Assembly (NCBI GenBank): GCA_035463115.1 | Contig: DATHTO010000139.1 | Span: forward strand, 3,461-67,460 | Origin: Actinomycetota bacterium | GTDB taxonomy: Bacteria; Actinomycetota; UBA4738; HRBIN12 | Direction: 5' to 3' | Length of the DNA stretch: 64,000 nt | Shown here: positions 21,773-28,835 of the stretch, piece by piece | How positions within the stretch are numbered: position 1 is the stretch's first letter | Layout of the letters: each line of letters begins with the position of its first letter | Translations under genes and position numbers: made by a program | Notes under the pieces: model-generated | The model's database searches: none | The model's input: only the letters and a program-made list of their open reading frames with translations | What the model was told of the DNA's origin: nothing

Positions 21773-22384
21773 ATGGAACCGACGCCGCACGAGGCGCACG
21801 CCGACACGTCGCGCGTGCTGACGGTTCCCAACGCCATCTCCGCGATCCGCATCGCGCTGATCCCCGTCTTCGTGTTGCTGATCGTAGACCGAGACACCAC
21901 GGTGTGGGGCGTCGTCCTGTTCGCGCTCGTCGTGGCGACGGACTGGGTCGACGGCACGATCGCGCGTCGCACGGCTCAGGTCTCGACCCTCGGCAAGGTC
22001 CTCGATCCCGTCGCGGACCGTCTCGCGATCGCCGCAGGGCTGATCGCGTTCGTCGCCCGTGACCTCTTCCCGTGGTGGGCCGCCGCGCTGATCCTCGCGC
22101 GCGACGGCGCCGTGCTCCTCGTCGGCGTCGTCGCGATGGCGCGACATGCCGTTCGGCTCGACGTCCGCTGGATCGGGAAGATCGCGACGTTCTCGTTGAT
22201 GAGCGCGATCCCGTGGATCGCGTGGGGGCGGCTCGAGCTCCCGCTGGCCGAGGTGGCGACCGTGGCCGGATGGATCGCGTTCGTCGTCGGGATCACCGAG
22301 TACTACATCGCCGCCGTCCGGTACGGCATCGACCTGCGGGTCGCGGCGCGGCGGGGCGGGGGAGGGGTCGAAGCGTCGACGTGA
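21773..22384 (+). CDS. CDP-alcohol phosphatidyltransferase (PgsA/cardiolipin-synthase-like)
   Basis: Family motif DWVDGTIARRTAQVSTLGKVLDPVAD in a multi-TM protein. The ATG at 21773 is only 3 nt after the tRNA. GTG 21815 (VLTVPNAISAIR) is a plausible alternative start. Confidence 0.8.
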   Translation: MEPTPHEAHADTSRVLTVPNAISAIRIALIPVFVLLIVDRDTTVWGVVLFALVVATDWVDGTIARRTAQVSTLGKVLDPVADRLAIAAGLIAFVARDLFPWWAAALILARDGAVLLVGVVAMARHAVRLDVRWIGKIATFSLMSAIPWIAWGRLELPLAEVATVAGWIAFVVGITEYYIAAVRYGIDLRVAARRGGGGVEAST

Positions 22385-22410
22385 ACCGCGAAGCGTCGAC
22401 GTGAACCGCG
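22371..22410. repeat. perfect 2 x 20 bp tandem duplication spanning the stop codon
   Basis: AAGCGTCGACGTGAACCGCG occurs at 22371-22390 and again at 22391-22410. The TGA of the phosphatidyltransferase (22382-22384) lies in copy 1. Confidence 0.95.
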
Positions 22411-22609
22411 GGCGCCCGCCCGGAACCTCGACCTCGAGGGATCGATCGACCGCAGCTGGAGACTGACCCTCGAGTGAGGTCCACGACCGGGCGCCCACGA
22501 GGTTGACCCTTCCTCCCACCGGCGATAGCGTGCATGTCGCATCGAGGGTCGAGGGTGAAGCTACTTCCCCGACCCTCGCCTCGAGGCAGCGTCCGACGGA
22601 GCGTGGAGC

Positions 22610-23071
22610 TTGTTCTGCACCAATTGTGGACATCCGAACCGGGACGACGCGAGGTTCTGCGCCGAGTGTGGGTCTGCGCTCCAGGATGACGCCACGCTCA
22701 CGTTGTCCCCGATCGAGCACGACGACGAGCCGCACGACGAGTTCCCGTTCCCGCACGACGAGCTGAACCCCGGGCAGGCGCTCCTCCTCGTGAAGCGTGG
22801 GCCCACCGCGGGGTCGACGTTCCTCCTACAGGACGAGGTGAGCGCCGCCGGCCGGAGCCCCGACAGCGCGGTGTTCCTCGACGACGTCACGGTGTCGCGC
22901 AAGCACGCGGTGTTCGAACGACGCGCGCCGGGGTCGTGGTTCGTTCGCGACGTCGGCAGCCTCAACGGCACCTACGTGAACGGAGAACAGGTCGACGAGA
23001 CGAAGCTCGCGTCCGGCGACGAGGTGCAGGTCGGCAAGTTCAAGTTGACGTTCTTCGCGGCAGGAGAGTGA
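22610..23071 (+). CDS. zinc-ribbon plus FHA domain protein (GarA/OdhI-like)
   Basis: It starts MFCTNCGHPNRDDARFCAECG, then has an FHA core (GRSPDSAVFLDDVTVSRKHA...GSLNGTYVNG). The only possible start before the first Cys is TTG 22610, because an in-frame TGA lies at 22556. Confidence 0.8.
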   Translation: MFCTNCGHPNRDDARFCAECGSALQDDATLTLSPIEHDDEPHDEFPFPHDELNPGQALLLVKRGPTAGSTFLLQDEVSAAGRSPDSAVFLDDVTVSRKHAVFERRAPGSWFVRDVGSLNGTYVNGEQVDETKLASGDEVQVGKFKLTFFAAGE

Positions 23072-23835
23072 GGCGCACGGTGGCCGGTACGCGCAACTAT
23101 CAGTCGATCGGCGAGGTCCTCGTCGCCGTGAAGACGGAGTTCCCCGACATCACGATCTCGAAGATCAGGTTCCTCGAGTCCGAGGGTCTGATCACGCCGG
23201 AGCGCACGCCGTCGGGCTATCGGAAGTTCTACGTGCAAGACGTCGACCGGCTGAAGTCGATCCTGCGGATGCAACGCGACGAGTACCTGCCGCTGAAGGT
23301 GATCAAGGAGCGGCTGGCGAAGCAGGACGCCGGTGACGTCGACGACGGCGAGATCGCGCTCGACGGGAACGAACCGGCGTCGAGCGACGACGGCTCGGGC
23401 GCGCAGACGGGCGGTGCCGCCAAGGGCGACGACCTCGCCGAGGCTCCGACGGGCCTGCAGATGTCGCTCGAAGAGATGTCCGCCGCGACGGGTGTCGAAC
23501 GCGATCGGATCAAGGACCTCGAGTCGTACGGGATCGTGTGCTCGCACGGGCCCGAGGGCGGCCGCTACTACGACGGGGACGACTACATCGTCCTGTCGAT
23601 CGTGAAGGACTTCTTCCGCTACGGGATCGAGCCTCGCCACCTCACGATGTACAAGCACTTCGCCGACCGCGAGTCGTCGTTCTTCGAGGCGCTCGTGGCG
23701 CCCACCCTGCGTCAGCGCAACCCCGACGCCCGCCGGGCGGCCGCGCAGACGCTCGCCGACCTCGCGGTCACGTCGAAGAAGTTCAAGCAGGCGTTGCTGC
23801 GGTCGAGCCTGCGAGAGCATCTGACGCAGGCGTGA
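23068..23835 (+). CDS. MerR family transcriptional regulator (Rv1828/FtsR-like)
   Basis: The HTH region reads YQSIGEVLVAVKTEFPDITISKIRFLESEGLITPERTPSGYRKFY. Start is GTG 23068 (GTGA overlap with the FHA gene) or GTG 23080. Confidence 0.8.
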   Translation: MRRTVAGTRNYQSIGEVLVAVKTEFPDITISKIRFLESEGLITPERTPSGYRKFYVQDVDRLKSILRMQRDEYLPLKVIKERLAKQDAGDVDDGEIALDGNEPASSDDGSGAQTGGAAKGDDLAEAPTGLQMSLEEMSAATGVERDRIKDLESYGIVCSHGPEGGRYYDGDDYIVLSIVKDFFRYGIEPRHLTMYKHFADRESSFFEALVAPTLRQRNPDARRAAAQTLADLAVTSKKFKQALLRSSLREHLTQA

Positions 23836-25109
23836 GCCCCCTCGCGGGCCGCCGGAGCGTCGCGGCCGTCGCGATCGCCGTCGTCGTCGCGGCGAACGTC
23901 GCCATCGTGGCGTCGGCAGGCGCCCAGGCCGGCAACGATGCTCCGCCACCGACGCCCGTGCCGCCCGACGGCAGCCTGTCGCCGTTCCCATCGGTCCTGC
24001 GAACGCCGCGCGATCCGGTGCCGCCACCGACGATCGCGGCCGGGTCGGCGTTGCTCGCGGACCTCGAGGACGGCACCGTGCTGTTCCGCAGGGCGGCGAC
24101 GACGCCGCGGCCGGTCGCGAGCCTGACGAAGGTCATGACGGCGCTCGTGGTCCTCTCTCGCACGACGGCCGACGAGATCGTGCGCGTGGATCCTGCCGCC
24201 GTGTACGCACCGCGAGACTTCGGCGCGAGCTCGTCGCTCGGCCTTCGGCCGGGGGAGCGCATCAACGTCCGGAACCTCCTGTACGGGTTGCTGCTGGGCT
24301 CCGCGAACGACGCCGCCGAGGCCCTGGCGATCCACGTCGGCGGAACCGTCGAGCGCTTCGTCGCGATGATGAACAGGCGGGCTCGAGCGCTCGGGATGCG
24401 AGACACGTCGTTCGCGTCTCCGCATGGGCTCGACGATCGCGGGCGGTCGACCGCGGCGGACCTGTCGATCCTCGCGCGGGAGGCGCACGCCGACCCCGCG
24501 TTCTCCCGGGTCGTGGCGACGCGGGTCCGCTCGATCCCTGCGCCGACGGGACCTCCGCGCAGGATCCAGAACCGCAACGCCCTGCTCTGGCTGTACGACG
24601 GCGCGATCGGGACCAAGACCGGGCTGACGGCGGGCGCGGGTCCCTGCCTGATGGCGGTCGCCGAACGCGACGGCCGGCGCCTCGTCGCGATCGTCCTCGG
24701 AGCGAGCGGGGACGCGTTCTCGCCCGCCGCCTCGCTGCTCGATCACGGCTTCGAGGGGTTCCGCGACTCGAGGTTGGTCCGCGCCGGCGAGGACGTCGGC
24801 ACGGTGGACCTGATCGGCGGTTCGGTTCCCGTCGTGGCCGACGCCGACCTGACGGCGCTCGTGCCGACCGGCCAGGTGGACGAGGTGCGCCGCCGGATCC
24901 ACGTCGTCCGTGGCGCGGTGTTCCCGCCGGCACCTGGTGACCGCGTGGCCGAGCTCGTGGTGAGCGTCGCCGGGCTTCGGCTCGGCGACGTGGACCTCGT
25001 CGTCCGGTCCGTGCCTGCGCCGGAACCGGCCGACGGTGCGTGGTGGATGCGCGGGCTCGGTGCGCTCGTTCGAGCCGTGTCCGACGCGGTCGAGGCCGTC
25101 GCCGCTTGA
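23832..25109 (+). CDS. D-alanyl-D-alanine carboxypeptidase (peptidase S11)
   Basis: GTG 23832 (GTGA overlap). It has a signal/TM segment, SLTK (SxxK), SAND (SxN), and a KTG-like GTKTG. Confidence 0.85.
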   Translation: MSPLAGRRSVAAVAIAVVVAANVAIVASAGAQAGNDAPPPTPVPPDGSLSPFPSVLRTPRDPVPPPTIAAGSALLADLEDGTVLFRRAATTPRPVASLTKVMTALVVLSRTTADEIVRVDPAAVYAPRDFGASSSLGLRPGERINVRNLLYGLLLGSANDAAEALAIHVGGTVERFVAMMNRRARALGMRDTSFASPHGLDDRGRSTAADLSILAREAHADPAFSRVVATRVRSIPAPTGPPRRIQNRNALLWLYDGAIGTKTGLTAGAGPCLMAVAERDGRRLVAIVLGASGDAFSPAASLLDHGFEGFRDSRLVRAGEDVGTVDLIGGSVPVVADADLTALVPTGQVDEVRRRIHVVRGAVFPPAPGDRVAELVVSVAGLRLGDVDLVVRSVPAPEPADGAWWMRGLGALVRAVSDAVEAVAA

Positions 25110-25146
25110 GCGGTCCGATCGGACCACGCTGCTAGGCTCGACGCCG

Positions 25147-25722
25147 ATGCCGGAGGCCGCGAGCGTCCTCTACGGACGCGATGACGTCCGTACCCGGGTC
25201 GAACAGCTCGGCCGCACGATCACCGCCGACTACGCCGGGCGCGTCCCCGTCCTCGTCTCGGTGCTGAAGGGCGGGATCTGGTTCCTCGCCGACCTGGCGC
25301 GCGCGATCGATCTGCCGCTCGAGGTGCACTTCCTCGCGATCAGCCGGTACGGCGACGCCGAAGAGTCGCTCGGCCGCGTGCAGATCCTCCTCGATCTCGA
25401 GGTCGACCTCTCGGAGCGGCACGTGATCCTCGTCGAAGACATCGTCGACACGGGTCTCACGTGTCGGTACCTCTCGTCGGTGATGACCGCCCGCGCGCCG
25501 TTGAGCTTCGAGGTCTGCACGCTGTTGGACAAGTCGGTCCGCCGGATCGCGCCGGTGACGCCTCGCTACGTCGGGTTCGACTGCCCCGACCGGTTCGTGA
25601 TCGGGTACGGGCTCGACTTCCGGGAGCGGTACCGGAACCTCCCCGACATCCTCCAGGTCGACGACCTCGCCGCGCTGGAGCGCGATGGCGATGCGCTCGG
25701 CGCGCTGATCGCCGGCGGCTGA
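25147..25722 (+). CDS. hpt: hypoxanthine phosphoribosyltransferase
   Basis: ATG 25147. The PRPP loop reads VILVEDIVDTGLT, and FVIGYGLDF is present. TAGGCT lies 8 nt upstream of the ATG. Confidence 0.9.
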   Translation: MPEAASVLYGRDDVRTRVEQLGRTITADYAGRVPVLVSVLKGGIWFLADLARAIDLPLEVHFLAISRYGDAEESLGRVQILLDLEVDLSERHVILVEDIVDTGLTCRYLSSVMTARAPLSFEVCTLLDKSVRRIAPVTPRYVGFDCPDRFVIGYGLDFRERYRNLPDILQVDDLAALERDGDALGALIAGG

Positions 25723-25784
25723 ACGCGGCTCGCGCCGCGCACGCTCGGTTGCTCGGATCGGCGGTCGGTCGGTACGCTCGACCG

Positions 25785-26258
25785 GTGATCGAGATGGAGC
25801 TCACGGGTGTCCGGGTCGAGCTGCCGACGAACCAGCCGATCGTGCTGCTCCGCGAGCGTGAGGGGGAGCGCTACCTCCCGATCTGGATCGGGGCGGCGGA
25901 GGCGGCGGCGATCGCGTTGTCGCTGCAAGGGGTCGTGACGCCGCGTCCGATGACCCACGATCTCATGAAGAACATGCTCGAGGATCTCGCCGTGCAGGTC
26001 CGGCGCATCGTCGTCACGGAGCTACGAGAGTCCACGTTCTTCGCCACGATCGAGATGCAACGCGAGACCGCGACGTTCGAGATCTCGTCCCGGCCCTCCG
26101 ACGCGATCGCGCTCGCCGTGCGCATGGCGGTGCCGATCTTCGCGAGCGAAGAGGTCCTCGAAGAGGCGGCGATCCTGATCCCCGGCGAGGAGGACGAGGA
26201 GGTCGAGAAGTTCCGCGAGTTCCTCGACAACATCAGTCCCGAGGACTTCGCCTCTTGA
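25785..26258 (+). CDS. bifunctional nuclease family protein (DUF151, Rv1829-like)
   Basis: It reads VLLREREGERYLPIWIGAAEAAAIA...TPRPMTHDL...SRPSDAIALAVR. GTG 25785 lies 6 nt after TACGCT. ATG 25794 is an alternative start. Confidence 0.8.
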   Translation: MIEMELTGVRVELPTNQPIVLLREREGERYLPIWIGAAEAAAIALSLQGVVTPRPMTHDLMKNMLEDLAVQVRRIVVTELRESTFFATIEMQRETATFEISSRPSDAIALAVRMAVPIFASEEVLEEAAILIPGEEDEEVEKFREFLDNISPEDFAS

Positions 26259-26292
26259 TCGGCGGACCTCTCGACCCCGCGACGGCCGGTCG

Positions 26293-26763
26293 CTACGGCC
26301 GGTAGAAGAACTCCGTCACGTACAGCAGGCCGTCGCTCCGGTACGTCCCGATCGCGACCTTGCGGAAGGCGCGGTTCAGGATGTTCCGACGGTGGCCGTC
26401 GGAGCGCATGAACGCCTTGTGGACGTCCCGGACCGAGCCCGACGTCACGCCGACGTTCTCGCCCCACCAGGACCAGCTCCGGCCCCGCAGGTAGTACGAG
26501 ACGGGGCTCTTCGTGTGGAAGATGTAGCCGGCCTCGGCCATCCGCTTGCTGTGCTTGCGCGCGAGATCCGACAGCTCCTGCTGGAGATCGACCCGTCGCA
26601 GGTCCCGGTACACGCGGCTCGCGTTCGTCACCTTCAGCAGTTGCCCGCGCTCGCGGAAGCGCCCGCCGTACGTGCCGGCGGTCGCGGACGTCGCGAACAG
26701 GCCTCCGAGCAGTCCCGCCAGGACCACCACGACGGCCAGCTTCCTGATCGTCGTGCCCCTCAT
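26293..26763 (-). CDS. secreted CAP/SCP (YkwD-like) domain protein
   Basis: Signal peptide MRGTTIRKLAVVVVLAGLLGGLFATSATA. CAP-like motifs include HSKRMAEAGYIFH and GENVG...HKAFMRSDGHRRNIL. ATG 26763 lies 9 nt after GAGGGG; the track start is GTG 26772. Confidence 0.75.
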   Translation of the reverse strand: MRGTTIRKLAVVVVLAGLLGGLFATSATAGTYGGRFRERGQLLKVTNASRVYRDLRRVDLQQELSDLARKHSKRMAEAGYIFHTKSPVSYYLRGRSWSWWGENVGVTSGSVRDVHKAFMRSDGHRRNILNRAFRKVAIGTYRSDGLLYVTEFFYRP

Positions 26764-26984
26764 CTCGCTCACCCCTCGGTCGTCACTAGTCCTTCATGAC
26801 CACGAGGGGGTCATCGGCCGAGCGCGCGGGGGACTTGAGCGGCCGCTCGGGTCCTACAGCAGCGTCGGGAACGGCGACGTGGCGCAGGTGGGGAACGGCG
26901 TCGCGGCGCTGCCGGCGGGCGCTTGACGCGCCCGGACGGCGCCCGTACGCTGCCGAATCACATCCCCGAAACTACGGAGCTGTG

Positions 26985-27488
26985 ATGAGCCAGCGCACGC
27001 AGGGCACCGACGCGTCGATCCACGACCAGGGGTACCGGGTCCCCGATGTGTGCAGGATCGTCGGCATCAGCTACCGGCAGCTCGACTACTGGGCGCGGAC
27101 CAGCCTCGTGACGCCGTCGATCCGCGATGCGAAGGGGAGTGGGAGCCAGCGGCTCTACTCCTTCCAGGATCTGGTGTCGCTGAAGGTGATCAAGAGCCTC
27201 CTGGACACCGGCGTGTCGCTGCAGCGGGTCCGCAAGGCGGTGGAGTACCTCCATACGATGGACCGTCCTGCCCACGGCGCGATGCTGATGAGCGACGGGC
27301 ACGGCGTCTACGAGGCCGATTCGCCCGACGCGGTCGTCGATCTGCTGAACCAGGGGCAGGGCGTCTTCGCCATCGCGGTCGACAAGGTGTGGACGGAGCT
27401 CGAGGGCACGCTCACGAAGCGCAAGCCGGTCGCTCGCTCCCGGCCGAGCGCGAAACCGACGAGGAAGGTGGCCGCCGCCGGCTCGTGA
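26985..27488 (+). CDS. MerR family transcriptional regulator (Rv1830-like)
   Basis: ATG 26985 follows GGAG. The HTH region reads YRVPDVCRIVGISYRQLDYWARTSLVTPS...GSQRLYSFQDLVSLKVIK. Confidence 0.8.
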   Translation: MSQRTQGTDASIHDQGYRVPDVCRIVGISYRQLDYWARTSLVTPSIRDAKGSGSQRLYSFQDLVSLKVIKSLLDTGVSLQRVRKAVEYLHTMDRPAHGAMLMSDGHGVYEADSPDAVVDLLNQGQGVFAIAVDKVWTELEGTLTKRKPVARSRPSAKPTRKVAAAGS

Positions 27489-27856
27489 GCGCCCTGCCAG
27501 TCGACGAACCGCTCAAGAGCGACACCGTCGGCTTCGCGCACGGATCGGAACGCCAGTTCGCGCGGTTGCTCGACTTCTACCAGATCCGGTGGGAGTACGA
27601 GCCGACGTCGTTCGACATCGCGTGGGACCGTGACGGCAACGTCGTCCAGCGGTTCACGCCCGACTTCTACCTTCCGGAGTTCGATCTCTACATCGAGATC
27701 ACGACGCTGAACCAGAAGCTCGTGACGAAGAAGAACCGGAAGGTCCGTCGCCTCCGCGAGCGGTACCCCGAGGTGAACTGCAAGGTGTTCTACCAGCGGG
27801 ACTACCTGTCGCTCGTGACGAAGTACGGCCTGTCGGACGTGCGCGGCGAAGAGTGA
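27485..27856 (+). CDS. conserved hypothetical protein with a restriction-endonuclease-like (PD-(D/E)XK-type) motif
   Basis: GTG 27485 (GTGA overlap with MerR). It reads SERQFARLLDFYQIRWEYEP...FTPDFYLPEFDLYIEITTLNQK. Coding-like GC3. The functional call is only a fold-level guess. Confidence 0.55.
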   Translation: MSALPVDEPLKSDTVGFAHGSERQFARLLDFYQIRWEYEPTSFDIAWDRDGNVVQRFTPDFYLPEFDLYIEITTLNQKLVTKKNRKVRRLRERYPEVNCKVFYQRDYLSLVTKYGLSDVRGEE

Positions 27857-27938
27857 GGTGCGCGTCGCCGCTCAAAGTGACATAACGTACATTATCGGCA
27901 TCCATCCGACGTGAGGCCGGCGAACCGCGGAGGACCGA

Positions 27939-28451
27939 TCACCGCACCGCCTTCTTCACGAGGCGTGCGATCCGTCGTTCGGCGGCCGGCGTCAGTTCCG
28001 TGAGGGCGAAGGCGGTCGGCCACATCCCGCCGTCGTCGAGGGCGGCCGTGTCGTTGAAGCCGAAGGTCGCGTACCTCGCGTCGAACTTCGCAGCGCTCTG
28101 GAAGAAGCACACGACCTTCCCATCCTTGGCGTAGGCGGGCATCCCGTACCAGGTCCGCGGCGCGAGCCCCGGCGCGGTCTCGGTCACGATCGCGTGGATC
28201 CGCTCCGCCATCGCGCGGTCCGCGGGCGGCATCTCGGCGATCTTCTCGAGGAGCTGGCGCTCGGCGTCGGCCGCCTTCCGTCCGCGAGCGCCCTGGCGCT
28301 CCTCGGCCTTGAGCTCCCGCGCACGCTCCTTCATCGCGTCACGCTCCGCCTCGGTGAACCCCTTCGCCGTGCTCTCCTTCCCGCCCGCGGTCTCCTTCCG
28401 GGTGGTCCTCGTCCCCGAGCGACGGGTCTGGCGCGCGCTCTCGTCCGGCAT
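27939..28451 (-). CDS. DUF1801 (YdhG-like) domain protein with a basic N-terminal extension
   Basis: 170 aa. The C-terminal half reads WYGMPAYAKDGKVVCFFQSAAKFDARYATFGFND, typical of YdhG-like proteins. GGAGGAGGGAG lies upstream of ATG 28451. Confidence 0.7.
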   Translation of the reverse strand: MPDESARQTRRSGTRTTRKETAGGKESTAKGFTEAERDAMKERARELKAEERQGARGRKAADAERQLLEKIAEMPPADRAMAERIHAIVTETAPGLAPRTWYGMPAYAKDGKVVCFFQSAAKFDARYATFGFNDTAALDDGGMWPTAFALTELTPAAERRIARLVKKAVR

Positions 28452-28507
28452 CGATCTCCCTCCTCCGGTGGACGTCGCGCGGCCGAGCCGCGGGGACGTC
28501 TCCGACC

Positions 28508-28735
28508 GTGTCAGCGTCGTTCCTGGATGCGGATATCAGGTTGCCGGCCGGATCGCGGAAGTCGCGGTCCCGGATCCCGCACGGCTGGTCCGCAGGCTTC
28601 TGTACGACCTCGGCGTCCGACGCCTCGAGCCGACCGGCACCCCGAAGCCCGAGGGCGTCCCGGTGGAACGCGAGGGACGCATCGGATCGTCAGCGCCAGC
28701 ATGGCCTGGTGGATCATGAGGTCCATGGCCGCCAT
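28508..28735 (-). pseudogene. relic of a glyoxalase/VOC-family gene (frameshifted, internally deleted)
   Basis: Frame A from ATG 28735 reads MAAMDLMIHQAMLALTI. After a 1-nt shift near 28684, frame B reads DASLAFHRDALGLRGAGRLEASDAEVVQKPADQPCGIRDRDFRDPAGNLI. These resemble the VOC N- and C-terminal beta-alpha-beta modules with about 45 aa missing between them. There is no SD and no proper stop. Confidence 0.35.
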
Positions 28736-28835
28736 GCTAGGGGCTGGACGGAGCCGAGGCTCCTCGATCCCCGGTCCCATGTTGGCGGGGGTCGTCACGG
28801 TCGCGTTCGCCCTCCGGCTCGTCGGCGGCCGCCGC

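Noticed and set aside
21695-22410. A tRNA-Pro-linked integrative element, with the 20-bp repeat as an att site.
   Set aside because: There is no integrase or phage genes nearby. The repeat is tandem rather than flanking and has no similarity to the tRNA 3' end. The downstream genes are conserved core genes.
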